Positions 8,893-19,245 of a stretch of 64,000 nt of DNA are shown here, piece by piece. A model generated the notes under the pieces. It had not been told where the DNA came from. It saw only the letters and a program-made list of their open reading frames with translations, and did no database searches. Within the stretch, counting starts at the first letter, position 1; every line of letters begins with the position of its first letter. This stretch comes from Phormidesmis sp. (GTDB lineage Bacteria > Cyanobacteriota > Cyanobacteriia > Leptolyngbyales > Leptolyngbyaceae), in contig CBDFJR010000002.1 in NCBI GenBank assembly GCA_965248535.1, positions 1,280,001 to 1,344,000 on the forward strand, given 5' to 3'. Made by a program: the position numbers and the translations under genes.

Positions 8893-9963
8893 TCAACAAG
8901 CTTCCAGCAACTGCCCAGTCGATGATAGCGGGTGCCATAGGGTCAATTCGGGTAACGCCAAGCCAAACCCTTGCCCCAAGTCAACGCCCAACTCACGGCA
9001 AAACTCAATATCATTTGAGTCTTCTAAGCCTTCTGCTAAGACCACGATCTCCATCTCGTGGGCAAAATTCAGCAGACTTTTGATCATCACCTGCTTGAGA
9101 GCATAGCGACTACAGCCATGAACTAACCGCCGATCGAGCTTGATCACATCAGGGCGAAACTCCATGCAGTAATGGTCACTCGAAACGTTGCTGCCTAGGT
9201 CGTCGATCGCGAGACCAAACCCCCAAGCGCGAATCTGCTCGATCAGCCCCCGCAAAGCCGGGTAGCGCCCTAACGCCTCGATCTCGGTGAGTTCAAAAAC
9301 GATCTGTTCGGGACGCAAGCCCAAGTCTAAAACCTGCTGAAAGTTGCGCTCTAGGGAACGGGGGTCACGCCCGATCGCATTGGGCAATACATTCATAAAA
9401 AAAGTTGCCGAACTCTCGGCAGACCCGACTTTTGAAGCCAGTTGGGCCACCGCTTGAAGGCACGACGATCGGGCGAGATCGTCAAATTCACTGGTTAAGC
9501 TCATCGACAGAGCAGCATCGATCAATTGTTGACCGTTAAACTGTCCCTGGGCAGTTTTGGCCCGTGCTAAACACTCGTGGGCAACCACTTGCCCCGATGC
9601 CAGACTAAAAATTGGTTGATACTTAAAAAACAGGCGTTGTCTGGCCAAAACCTGCAAAAACCAGGCATTTTTGATCAGCAGAGTTGTGCTGCTTAAGAGT
9701 TGAGCATTCAAAAACTCGACCAACAGATCCCTCGACGCTAAAGACGAGCGAGTCACCAAAAATCGCACCGAGGACTGACTTGCCTCTGGGATTGCTTGAC
9801 TGATCTGAGAGAGCAGTTCTGAAGGCTGACTATCAATCACAACCAGGTAGAGAAGTTGGGGCACTAGAGCTACCTTCTCAAAGCCCAACCCATAGAGATA
9901 GGCTGCTGTGGCTTCACTACCGGGCTGAATAACCAGCTTCAACAAGTTATCTAACAGGTTCAT
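8893..9963 (-). CDS. EAL-domain c-di-GMP phosphodiesterase-like protein
   Basis: YQPI, ECLAR, FELTE, AIDDLG, IKLD, AEGLE and GQGF motifs. Confidence 0.9.
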   Translation of the reverse strand: MNLLDNLLKLVIQPGSEATAAYLYGLGFEKVALVPQLLYLVVIDSQPSELLSQISQAIPEASQSSVRFLVTRSSLASRDLLVEFLNAQLLSSTTLLIKNAWFLQVLARQRLFFKYQPIFSLASGQVVAHECLARAKTAQGQFNGQQLIDAALSMSLTSEFDDLARSSCLQAVAQLASKVGSAESSATFFMNVLPNAIGRDPRSLERNFQQVLDLGLRPEQIVFELTEIEALGRYPALRGLIEQIRAWGFGLAIDDLGSNVSSDHYCMEFRPDVIKLDRRLVHGCSRYALKQVMIKSLLNFAHEMEIVVLAEGLEDSNDIEFCRELGVDLGQGFGLALPELTLWHPLSSTGQLLEAC

Positions 9964-10344
9964 AGTCCGCACGATCACCAGCTTCCTTCTATCGCCAAGT
10001 TTACGAATTGTGCCTAAAAACTGGAGTTACTCAGCCTGCTGACTGGCGTGATTTAAATCACAAACGGGGGAAGAAAATCTAGACCACCCAACCCCTGTTT
10101 GTTGTAACCTACCACATTCACTACTGAGTTTTAAGCGAGTCAGCTAACTGATGAGGTTGGGTGTATTTAAATCATTGTCTATGAGGGCCACTAGCCCCCG
10201 ATTGTAAGAATTAAGAAGAAAGTCAGGGTTTCATCACAATTACTTGTTCCTTATCTAGAGCGAAGAGATCTTTGAGACTCTAGCGATCGTGTTTAATCGC
10301 TAAAGCAGGGTGGTATAACTCAAGTCTCATCCTCAATTCCTGTC

Positions 10345-11400
10345 ATGTCTGTTGTAACTAATCTTTCTCATCGAGACCTTGAAGACACAGTAGGCTCTTG
10401 GTCAAGCTTGCTCCAGCAATTGCTCGATCGTCAGTCACTCTCGCCAGCCCAAGCGACAGCCCTCATGCAAGGCTGGTTAGCAGAGGCGGTTCCCCCTGTT
10501 TTGTCGGGTGCCCTCTTGGTTGCCCTCCAGTCAAAAGGCGTTTCGGCAGCGGAATTGGCAGGAATGGCGCGAGTCTTGCAGGCGGCTCCAGGGGCGATTG
10601 CCACCACGCCATTGATTGACACCTGTGGCACCGGGGGCGATGGCGCATCGACGTTTAACATTTCGACCGCTGTGGCCTTTGTGGCGGCGGCGGCTGGCGT
10701 TCGGGTGGCAAAACATGGCAATCGATCGGCCTCCAGTCGAGTTGGGTCTGCTGACGTGCTCGAAGCGTTGGGCATTAATCTGGGTGCCCCATTTGAAAAG
10801 ATTCGCTCGGCGGTGGAAGCCGTGGGTATTACGTTTCTATTTGCTCCAGGCTGGCATCCTGCTTTAAAGGCGGTTGCCCCGATCCGGCAGATGCTGAAGG
10901 TGCGGACGGTGTTTAACTTGTTGGGGCCATTGGTAAACCCGCTGCGACCGAGCGGACAGGTGATCGGAGTGTTTGATGCAGGGCTGCTAGAGACGATCGC
11001 TCAGGCATTGAACGAACTGGGCACCCAGCGCGCGATCGTGCTTCACGGGCGAGAACGGTTAGATGAAGCTGGGCTAGGTGACCTGACTGATCTAGCGATC
11101 TTGTCCGATCGGCAAGTGCGCTTAACAACGATCGATCCCCAAGCCCTCGGACTCGCCCCTGCACCCCTAGAAGCCCTACGGGGCGGCGACGTGCAGACCA
11201 ATGCAGAAATTCTGCGCGCTGTCTTGCAAGGAAAAGGCACTCAAGCCCAACAGGATGTAGTCGCTCTGAATGCGGCCCTTGCCCTCCAAGTCGGAGAAGC
11301 CACCCCTGACTATGCTCAAGGACTGGCGATCGCCCAAGAAATCTTGTCTACTGGGGCAGCCTGGAACACCCTAGAACGCCTCATAAAATTTCTTCGCTAA
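10345..11400 (+). CDS. trpD: Anthranilate phosphoribosyltransferase
   Basis: [20 protein letters not shown] and [10 protein letters not shown] motifs. Confidence 0.97.
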   Translation: MSVVTNLSHRDLEDTVGSWSSLLQQLLDRQSLSPAQATALMQGWLAEAVPPVLSGALLVALQSKGVSAAELAGMARVLQAAPGAIATTPLIDTCGTGGDGASTFNISTAVAFVAAAAGVRVAKHGNRSASSRVGSADVLEALGINLGAPFEKIRSAVEAVGITFLFAPGWHPALKAVAPIRQMLKVRTVFNLLGPLVNPLRPSGQVIGVFDAGLLETIAQALNELGTQRAIVLHGRERLDEAGLGDLTDLAILSDRQVRLTTIDPQALGLAPAPLEALRGGDVQTNAEILRAVLQGKGTQAQQDVVALNAALALQVGEATPDYAQGLAIAQEILSTGAAWNTLERLIKFLR

Positions 11401-11421
11401 GAATTACAAACTTAATCCAGC

Positions 11422-11446
11422 GTACGGGCATGGCACCGCCGTGCCC
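11422..11446 (+). repeat. REP-like palindrome
   Basis: GTACGGGCATGGCACCGCCGTGCCC; four related copies in the window. Confidence 0.8.
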
Positions 11447-11494
11447 ATTGACTTTGCTATGACAGACAAGATTCAACCCACGCCCCCAAAGCAA

Positions 11495-12349
11495 CTACCC
11501 CCCACACTGCTGAAACTCAACGGTTTCCTGCTTAATCGAGAGGTCACAGCTACCAAAAAAGTCGTGCCCCAGCAGTCTGACGGGCCCGATCGTCACGGGC
11601 ACATTGCGAATGATGCGAGTGCCAACCCGAATAGATTTGATCAGCCCCACCGCGACTTCTGTCTGTCCGGCAGGGGTCATGGCGGTGGTCGTGCCGACAA
11701 TTTTCGCCCCCAATTCTTGAGCCATGTCAGGAGTGATCATCGTGCCCGATGCGCCCGTGTCTACCATCATCTCAAACTGACGGCTGCCGTTAAACAACAC
11801 ATCAATCACCGGAATGCGACTCTGACGATATTTGATGCGAGCGCGATAGACTCCCCCTGATCCCCCTGCATTGGCCTCAGCCGCTGCGTCTACCAGAGGG
11901 GTATCGACCACGATTTTAGACTCTAGGGTTTCACCGCGATCTTTCCCCGTCCGATCGGCGCGATTTTGGGCTGCGTCTAGACCGCGCTGATATTCGGCGA
12001 GTTTTTGATCGGCCAGCTTTTTGTTGGGGTCTGTTTTCGGCACCTGTTTGAGCAGGCTGATCGCCTGTTGCCACCGACTGGCTACCAGCTTCCAATCGTC
12101 GGCTGACTGCACCGATTGACTCATGCTTTTAGCGCTTTGAGCTTTGTCGATCGCTAACTGATAAGCCTCATTGGGCGGCTCTTTTTCAGGTTTTGCAGCC
12201 GGGCTAGAAACTGCCGCTGCCGAGGCTTTTGGCTCTGGCGAAGAACGTCCTTGACTGAGACTATTAGCACGACTGCACGCTAAATTGCCGATCGCCAAAG
12301 CACCTGCCAACAACCATAAGGAAACGCTAGATCGAGATGACTTCAGCAT
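11495..12349 (-). CDS. Retropepsin-like aspartyl protease, probable lipoprotein
   Basis: MVDTGASG and LLGHDF motifs; hydrophobic N-terminus ending in LAC. Confidence 0.85.
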   Translation of the reverse strand: MLKSSRSSVSLWLLAGALAIGNLACSRANSLSQGRSSPEPKASAAAVSSPAAKPEKEPPNEAYQLAIDKAQSAKSMSQSVQSADDWKLVASRWQQAISLLKQVPKTDPNKKLADQKLAEYQRGLDAAQNRADRTGKDRGETLESKIVVDTPLVDAAAEANAGGSGGVYRARIKYRQSRIPVIDVLFNGSRQFEMMVDTGASGTMITPDMAQELGAKIVGTTTAMTPAGQTEVAVGLIKSIRVGTRIIRNVPVTIGPVRLLGHDFFGSCDLSIKQETVEFQQCGG

Positions 12350-12569
12350 GAGTTGAGTGATTAAACAATGAAATGGACGATCGCGATCCTAGACTTCGGA
12401 TTATGAATTCACAGGATTGAATCCACCGTCTTAACATGCCCTGATGCTGGGATGGATGAATCCACTATCTCCGATCTGAACAAAAGCTTGGCAAAAGTGA
12501 TCAAGAACAGCGCAAGCAAAAAGACTCGTGCGATAATGCCAAAGATCTTTTGCTCACTCTTCTTAACCT

Positions 12570-13715
12570 ATGGCTCTCTCCGCTGCTCAACCCGCTCTAC
12601 TCGTGCTGGCAGATGGCACGGTCTATCAAGGTTTTTCGTTTGGTGCGTCTGGAACCACGATCGGAGAAGTCGTCTTCAATACGGGCATGACTGGCTATCA
12701 AGAAGTCCTGACTGACCCCAGCTATCGCGGGCAGATTGTGACATTTACCTACCCTGAGTTGGGAAACACGGGAGTCAACCCAGACGATGACGAATCGGCG
12801 GCTCCTCAGGTGCGAGGCGCGATCGCCCGCAACGTCTGCGATCGCCCCAGCAATTGGCGCTCAACTCAGTCGCTGTCAGACTATCTCAAGCACCACAACG
12901 TCATCGGCATCTATGGCATTGATACCCGCGCTCTGACGCGCAAAATTCGCTCGACGGGTGCCATGAACGGGGCGATTTCGACCGAAATTCTCGACTCTAG
13001 CGAGTTGCTAGAGCAGGTGCAAGACGCGCCCAGCATGACTGGGTTGAATCTAGTCAAGGAGGTAACGACTTCAAGCACCTATGAGTGGTCTGAGGTCACT
13101 TTGGCTGACTGGGAGTTTAGCCCCACTGTGACCCCGCCCGGTGGAGAGGTGTTTACAGTCGTAGCGATCGACTTTGGCATCAAGCGTAACATTCTGCGGC
13201 GGCTGGCTAGCTATGGGTGTCGAGTGGTGGTCGTTCCGGCTGATACGTCTGCTGAAGACATCCTCAAACACAACCCAGACGGCATCTTTTTATCTAATGG
13301 GCCGGGCGATCCCGCTGCCAATCTTGACGGCATTGAGACGACAAAAGCCCTACTTGCCTCTCAAAAGCCTGTGTTTGGCATCTGCATGGGGCACCAGATT
13401 TTAGGACTGTCGCTGGGGGCAGAGACGTTTAAGCTGAAATTTGGGCATCGTGGTCTCAACCAACCTGCCGGGTTGCGCGATCGCATTGAGATTACCAGCC
13501 AAAATCACGGCTTTGCGCTCTCTGCCGATTCTCTGCCCGACACCACGATCGAGGTGACTCACTTGAACTTGAACGATCGCACGATCGCCGGGCTGCGCCA
13601 CAAAACGCTGCCCATGTTTTCGGTGCAATATCACCCCGAAGCCAGCCCCGGGCCGCACGATGCCGACTATTTATTTGAGCAGTTTGTGACCGCGATGAAA
13701 GAACACAAAGTCTGA
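12570..13715 (+). CDS. carA: Carbamoyl-phosphate synthase small subunit
   Basis: [28 protein letters not shown] and [10 protein letters not shown] motifs. Confidence 0.98.
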   Translation: MALSAAQPALLVLADGTVYQGFSFGASGTTIGEVVFNTGMTGYQEVLTDPSYRGQIVTFTYPELGNTGVNPDDDESAAPQVRGAIARNVCDRPSNWRSTQSLSDYLKHHNVIGIYGIDTRALTRKIRSTGAMNGAISTEILDSSELLEQVQDAPSMTGLNLVKEVTTSSTYEWSEVTLADWEFSPTVTPPGGEVFTVVAIDFGIKRNILRRLASYGCRVVVVPADTSAEDILKHNPDGIFLSNGPGDPAANLDGIETTKALLASQKPVFGICMGHQILGLSLGAETFKLKFGHRGLNQPAGLRDRIEITSQNHGFALSADSLPDTTIEVTHLNLNDRTIAGLRHKTLPMFSVQYHPEASPGPHDADYLFEQFVTAMKEHKV

Positions 13716-13840
13716 ATTCAGCCAACCCCTTCCGAACAGCCCCCTCAAACCTAATAACTTCCTCAAATTAGTAGTAAACTCCCTGCAAAGGGTGTATACT
13801 GAAGCCTCAAATTCTTGGATTTTGGAGCTAGGAGGGTTCT

Positions 13841-14209
13841 ATTCCTGAGCCACTGAACCTAACTGTAAGCTTGAGAGGCACTCGCGAAGTTAGGGATATT
13901 TACCAGCTATTTCGCCTCACGGGCCTACTAGATGCGTTTTCAGAGCCAACCTTCCGTAAGGTGCTCACGAAATGTATTGAAGAAGGGCCTAAAAACGTTA
14001 TTTTGGATCTCTCGACGATTGACTTTGTTGATAGTTCTGGTTTAGGAGCGCTTGTGCAAATTGCCAAGAAAGCTCAATCTGCGACCGGAACTCTCCAGAT
14101 TGTGACCAATCCCCGCGTGACTCAAACCGTTAAGTTAGTTCGCTTAGAAAAATTCTTGGCGCTTCAAACCTCTGTCGATGTAGCGATCGAAAACGTCAAG
14201 GCGGCCTGA
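13841..14209 (+). CDS. STAS-domain anti-sigma-factor antagonist; probable ATT start
   Basis: DLSTIDFVDSSGLG motif; GGAGG at 13831-13835 five nt before ATT 13841; in-frame TAG at 13829. Confidence 0.85.
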   Translation: MPEPLNLTVSLRGTREVRDIYQLFRLTGLLDAFSEPTFRKVLTKCIEEGPKNVILDLSTIDFVDSSGLGALVQIAKKAQSATGTLQIVTNPRVTQTVKLVRLEKFLALQTSVDVAIENVKAA

Positions 14210-14396
14210 GTCAGGCTGCTGCTCGTTCTCCTGCTATCCAGGCTTATCTGGGTAGCAGATCTTTTGTGTCATGATTAGATTTGTTCATCGAACTTGACTT
14301 GATCTAGCCGTCAACCCCCGATGAGTTTGCTAGGATCAAAACCAGTCGATGTCACTCAATTGCAAAACAGTGCCATTGGCAAGGTGAACCCAGCGT

Positions 14397-14882
14397 GTGA
14401 CCTCAGACGAGCCAAAAGCCTCAGATGGTTTAGACAGCAGTTTGGCAGATTTAATGCTAGACCAAGGCACCTCTGAACCTCTCTCATTTGCCCAAGTGCA
14501 GCGTCTGTCTCCGGCGGCCTTGGCTTATGTGGGAGACGCGGTTTACGAGCTTCACGTTCGACGCTGCTATCTGTTTCCACCCAAGCGCTTAGAGAATTAT
14601 CATCAACAAGTCGTTGCCCAAGTGCGGGCCGAAAGTCAGGCAAGGCATCTACGATCGCTTCAGCCCTACTTAACCAGCCACGAGCAAGCGCTTCTCAAGC
14701 GAGGTCGAAATGCGGTCTCGACTCGCCATAAGCGGGTTGATCCCGAAATCTACCAGCAAGCGACTAGTTTAGAAACCCTCGTCGGCTATCTTTACCTTAC
14801 CGACTCAACCCGTTTATTAGAATTGTTCAGCCATCTAGACTTTGAAACTCCCTTAGCCAACCCGCAGACGGCAGACGGCTAG
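14397..14882 (+). CDS. mrnC: Mini-ribonuclease III
   Basis: LAYVGDAVYEL, RGRN and YQQATSLETLVGYL motifs. Confidence 0.9.
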   Translation: MTSDEPKASDGLDSSLADLMLDQGTSEPLSFAQVQRLSPAALAYVGDAVYELHVRRCYLFPPKRLENYHQQVVAQVRAESQARHLRSLQPYLTSHEQALLKRGRNAVSTRHKRVDPEIYQQATSLETLVGYLYLTDSTRLLELFSHLDFETPLANPQTADG

Positions 14883-14943
14883 GTTTCTCTAGCATTGGCC
14901 ACTCGCTCGACCGATCACTAAAGTTTGTCAGGAATTTAAACCT

Positions 14944-16431
14944 ATGTCTATCAAAAAACGCGATGCTGACGACCACGATCGGTCTAGCAGAGACTCTGTG
15001 AACAAGCCAAAACTTAAAGGCAAGCGCATCATCGCTGGAAGAAAAGGGCGGGCCTATACAAAGCCCGACTCAGACAGCGATCGTGGGCAAGATCGCCCAG
15101 CCAAGAAATTTGAGCGCAACGGAAAATTTAGACCCGAAAGACCCGCTCGCAGTGAAAACAGCCGACCAGAAGGGGGCTATCAGCGCCGCGAATACTCTTC
15201 AGACCGACGAGTTGATCGTCCTGAATCTCGCTCTGAAGGCGGCTATCAGCCCCGTGAGCAAGAGGGTGCAAAGCCAAAGCTGCGATTGGGTGAGCCTAAG
15301 CGATCGGACTTTAACCCTCGCGCCCCCAGACCTGACTTCAAATCCCGCGAACCCAGACGAGCGGACTCTAGATCTGACACGCCCAGACCCGACTTCAAAT
15401 CTCGCGAACCCAGACGAGCGGACTCTAGATCTGACGCACCCCGCCCCGATTTTAAATCTCGTGAACCTAGACGATCGGACAGTCCATCTAGTGCACCCAG
15501 ACGCAGCGATCGCGACACCGAGTTTAAGCAATCTGAACCCAGAACCGCAAAATGGTCTACCTATGGAGCAACCAAGTCTTCGTCCTATGGCGGAGAAGTT
15601 AAGCGATCGTTCTATGGGGCTGACCAAGTTGATCTGCCAGCGCCCGATGAAGAAGAAGGCACTGATCTAATTTATGGACGGCACACCGTTCTGGCGGCGC
15701 TTCAGGGCGATCGCTCTCTCAATCGGGTTTGGATCACGCCTCGCCTCCGCTATGATCCCCGCTTTCACACGCTGCTAACTGAGGCAAAAGCAAACGGCAC
15801 CGTGCTTGATGAAGTCGAACCCAATCGGCTTGACCAAATCACCCAGCGCGGCAACCATCAGGGCGTTGCGGCTCAAGTCGCCCCCTATGAATATGTCGAA
15901 ATGGGCGAACTGATTGAGCAAGCCAAGGCTAAGTCTGATCACCCCGTCATCGTCGTCGCCGACAGCATTACCGATCCCCACAATCTAGGCGCAATCATTC
16001 GCACGGCCGAAGCTCTGGGGGCGCAGGGACTTGTGATTCCTCAGCGGCGAGCGGTGGGAGTCACCTCCACCGTGGTGAAAGTGGCGGCGGGCGCGATCGA
16101 GAAGTTCTCAATCGCACGAGTCATCAACTTAACCCGTGCTCTCGAAGAGTTAAAAGAGGCAGGTTTCTGGATCTATGGCACCGCCGCTGAGTCTAGTCAA
16201 CCCATTCATACCGTTGATTTTGCCAAGGCAACTGTCTTGGTGATCGGGGCAGAAGGCGAAGGACTCAGCATGACGATGCAAAAAAGCTGTGATGTCTTGG
16301 TGTCCATTCCGCTGCAAGGCAACACGCCGAGCTTAAATGCCTCGGTTGCCGCAGGGATGGCGCTCTATGAAATCTATCGGCAGCGCTGGGCTAGCACAAT
16401 CCATCTAGATTTGTCAAAGAAGCCGATGTGA
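14944..16431 (+). CDS. rlmB: 23S rRNA (guanosine2251-2'-O)-methyltransferase with a long charged N-terminal extension
   Basis: [22 protein letters not shown] and SLNASVA SpoU motifs. Confidence 0.93.
   Translation: MSIKKRDADDHDRSSRDSVNKPKLKGKRIIAGRKGRAYTKPDSDSDRGQDRPAKKFERNGKFRPERPARSENSRPEGGYQRREYSSDRRVDRPESRSEGGYQPREQEGAKPKLRLGEPKRSDFNPRAPRPDFKSREPRRADSRSDTPRPDFKSREPRRADSRSDAPRPDFKSREPRRSDSPSSAPRRSDRDTEFKQSEPRTAKWSTYGATKSSSYGGEVKRSFYGADQVDLPAPDEEEGTDLIYGRHTVLAALQGDRSLNRVWITPRLRYDPRFHTLLTEAKANGTVLDEVEPNRLDQITQRGNHQGVAAQVAPYEYVEMGELIEQAKAKSDHPVIVVADSITDPHNLGAIIRTAEALGAQGLVIPQRRAVGVTSTVVKVAAGAIEKFSIARVINLTRALEELKEAGFWIYGTAAESSQPIHTVDFAKATVLVIGAEGEGLSMTMQKSCDVLVSIPLQGNTPSLNASVAAGMALYEIYRQRWASTIHLDLSKKPM
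15325..15495 (+). repeat. 3 x 57-bp coding tandem repeat in the rlmB extension
   Basis: [18 protein letters not shown](T/A) units at 15325, 15382 and 15439. Confidence 0.9.
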
Positions 16432-16533
16432 TTGAAAAACAAGAGGTAACCCAGTATAAAGAAGCTTGGGTGTTTGAATCTGCGTAATCAAAATGCAGGC
16501 AATCTTTGGCATGGTTGTTTATCGACGAAGCCT

Positions 16534-16812
16534 ATGAATGAGTTGTTGACGGATTTTTTAAGCTTTCTAGGGCTTGCCTGGTGGGTCGAAATCACAACGG
16601 ATAGCCCTCGCTGTCTTTATTACTTTGGGCCGTTTTCTAGCGATAGAGAAGCTAAAGCTCACCAAGGGGGATACGTTCAAGATTTAGAGCAAGAAGGCGC
16701 ACGAACCATTGTGGTGAAAATCAAGCGCTGTAAGCCCAAAGACTTGACGGTTTATGACGAAAAGAGCGATCGAGACATCCAAAAAACTCAGATTTCACGG
16801 GTTTTCAAGTAG
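16534..16812 (+). CDS. DUF1816 family protein
   Basis: WWVEITTDSPRCLYYFGPF and GYVQDLEQEGA motifs. Confidence 0.85.
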   Translation: MNELLTDFLSFLGLAWWVEITTDSPRCLYYFGPFSSDREAKAHQGGYVQDLEQEGARTIVVKIKRCKPKDLTVYDEKSDRDIQKTQISRVFK

Positions 16813-16838
16813 TCAGGGTTCGGCAGTGAGGGACGGGT

Positions 16839-17702
16839 TCACCAGGGCTTATTCCTCTCTGCTTGGAAATCTCGAACGATTCCAGGATGGTTGACTAACC
16901 AGCGATCGATATCGGCCAAAATTTGGTCAGGAATCTCCCAGGGCAGCAAGTGAGCCGTATTGGGATAGCAGTGAGACTCGCAGTTTGGCAGCGATCGCTC
17001 CATTTCGCGACTAGAAGCCGCCGTGATATGCCGATCCCGCTCTCCAGATAACACTAGGCAAGGGCACTGAATTTGGTCAAGCTCAGAGAGGCGATTATAG
17101 CCCTGCTGAAGGGCGACATTGAGCGATCGGGTTGCGGCTCCTGACGTTTTGAGATAGGCATAGAGGGCTTCATTAGCCAAATATTTATAAGCTGCGGGCG
17201 TGTGAGTCTGAACGAGATGACGAAACAGCGATCGCTTGCCAAAGGTGTCAATATTCCACTGCCAGCCCGGATTGAGTCGATTTAAAATCGCTGCAATTCC
17301 GGTATAAATATTGTCCTGCCAGCTAATCGGCGGATGGTCTCCCCAGGGGCGTGCCGACGTAGCAACTAAAATCAAGCCGCTCACCCGTTCTGGAAATTTT
17401 AGCGCTAGCTCGACGGCTAAGATCCCCCCCAGAGACCACCCCAGAACTAGACAGCGAGAGATGTTGTAGCGATCGAGAACCGCTTCTAAGTCTGTTAGGT
17501 GATCGATCATCAAAAAATCTTTTTGCGTTTGGCTGTCGCCATAGCCCCGCAAGTCAGGCGCGATCGTCTGAAATCGCTGGGATAAATGCTGGGTAAACAC
17601 CGATAAACTCCGTCCGGCTCCGGGGTGCCCATGCAGACACAAAATCGGAAACCCTCTACCCTCAGCCAAAACGTTGAGTTTAACCGCTTGTGTAGTGTCC
17701 AT
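16839..17702 (-). CDS. Alpha/beta fold hydrolase
   Basis: LHGHPG, DLRGYG, GWSLGG and a late His. Confidence 0.9.
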   Translation of the reverse strand: MDTTQAVKLNVLAEGRGFPILCLHGHPGAGRSLSVFTQHLSQRFQTIAPDLRGYGDSQTQKDFLMIDHLTDLEAVLDRYNISRCLVLGWSLGGILAVELALKFPERVSGLILVATSARPWGDHPPISWQDNIYTGIAAILNRLNPGWQWNIDTFGKRSLFRHLVQTHTPAAYKYLANEALYAYLKTSGAATRSLNVALQQGYNRLSELDQIQCPCLVLSGERDRHITAASSREMERSLPNCESHCYPNTAHLLPWEIPDQILADIDRWLVNHPGIVRDFQAERNKPW

Positions 17703-17878
17703 TCCAAATCTCCCTCAAAAGCAAATGGTTACGATCGTTTTGGCGCTAAATTTTGATGAATGGTTTTTGCCAAATGCCACCGTATCAACGGTATTCATCG
17801 TTTATCATAAGTTCACACGGGATTGAACCACAGTTCCATCCACGATCGACCCATTAGGAAAAGGACTCATTTTGAGCT

Positions 17879-18448
17879 ATGGCAGACCCAACAAACCAAA
17901 ACGAAGCTGGGGAAGTAGCTCCTAGCACCTCTTCGCCTGAAACCACCCCTATTCCCACGGCCAACGCACCTGATCCTACGGCGGTCAAGTCCAAGGCAGC
18001 CGCTACAACAGAGACTACTCCTAGCGAGGAAGCCATCAAGCCTGCCAAAGCCAAGAAAGAAAAAGCTCCTGCTCTCGAAGACAAACCTTTTAATGAATTT
18101 GTTCAGCAGGATTATCTCCCTGCTCTCAAACAAGGGCTTGCCAAGCTTGGCGTTCGAGATATCGATCTGTCCTTTGAGAAAAAGAAAATTTCTATCAAAG
18201 GCTATGAATCGAACGAGTCTTGGCAAATTATTGGGCAATGGCACGTCTCTAAACAGCCCAGACAATTTAATATTTACTTTTTTGACGAAACTATCAACGG
18301 TCTAAAAGGCTTCTCTTGTGCTGAAAGCACTGGCAGACCCAGCACGATGGAGTCTTTTTTAATTGACGAACGCAAAGTTACTTTAGACTTATTAATTTTT
18401 GGGGCAGTTCAGCGCCTAAATGGTCAGAAGTGGCTTGCTAAAAACTAG
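17879..18448 (+). CDS. ndhV: DUF2996 protein, probable NDH-1 subunit NdhV
   Basis: LEDKPF, ESFLIDERKVTLDLL and RLNGQKWL motifs. Confidence 0.65.
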   Translation: MADPTNQNEAGEVAPSTSSPETTPIPTANAPDPTAVKSKAAATTETTPSEEAIKPAKAKKEKAPALEDKPFNEFVQQDYLPALKQGLAKLGVRDIDLSFEKKKISIKGYESNESWQIIGQWHVSKQPRQFNIYFFDETINGLKGFSCAESTGRPSTMESFLIDERKVTLDLLIFGAVQRLNGQKWLAKN

Positions 18449-18490
18449 CGATCGGGCCCAATACAACCCGATATTCTCTAATTTGCGAGT

Positions 18491-18979
18491 CTAGAGTTCT
18501 TTAAATTCGTACACGACAACCCCGGTTTCTGGATGGTTGCCCACTTCAACATAGCCAGTTCTGACCATTCCTTGCAGGATCGCCTCGATCGTGGCAAACC
18601 CCAACCCCGTTGCCATCACTCCTTGGGTCACCGAAAGCCTGCCATTGCTTGCATTCGCCGCTTGCAGCAGTTGGATCAACACCTGACTCTGAGGAAGATG
18701 TAGAGGTGATCTTGACCCGTGCTGTCTCGATCGCGCCCTGAGTTCCGGACTCACTCAACGGCAAAACCTGAGGACGACTAGCCAGTTTTTTATTGTGGGT
18801 CTCAACCATGAACAGTGGGGAATAAACAGCAAGTCTGCTAGCTGCCCAACTCCAAACAGCCCACCGCTAAACAACCAGAGCAAGCCCGTCCAAATTTTGC
18901 CGTTGTAGAGGCGATGCAGTCCGGCTATCCCAAATAGTCCGCCTAGCCAAAGCACATAAGCAGTGCCAACTCTGTTCAT
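18491..18979 (-). pseudogene. TM2-domain membrane protein interrupted by two apparent compensating frameshifts
   Basis: TM2 motif GLHRLYNGK; middle part MVETHNKKL lies in another frame; C-terminal LSVTQGVMATG..GVVVYEF follows an in-frame TGA at 18755. Confidence 0.65.
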
Positions 18980-19245
18980 CAGAAACTCCTGATAGGTTTG
19001 GAAACTCAGCCCGATCGCGCCGCACTCTGACGGCTAACGTTGTCTACGATCGCCCCGTCGGACTAAAGCCTCTGTTGCAACTCTTAACGAAAAGCCCTAT
19101 TTTCATACCCATCTGGCTTGGTAGACTGAAAAGCGTATTCAAAATAGACTCCTGTATCAGCATAACGCCCCGGCGTGTTGAGATGCCTTTGCATCAGCGC
19201 CCCACCTGTAGACGCAGAAGTTAGACACAAGAGCGGTTATTACTC

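Noticed and set aside
8750..9106. Short ORFs over the IS left end
   Set aside because: They span hairpins or run antisense to the EAL gene
10029..10174. Known c-di-GMP riboswitch
   Set aside because: Consensus elements not recognisable; kept only as an unexplained structured region
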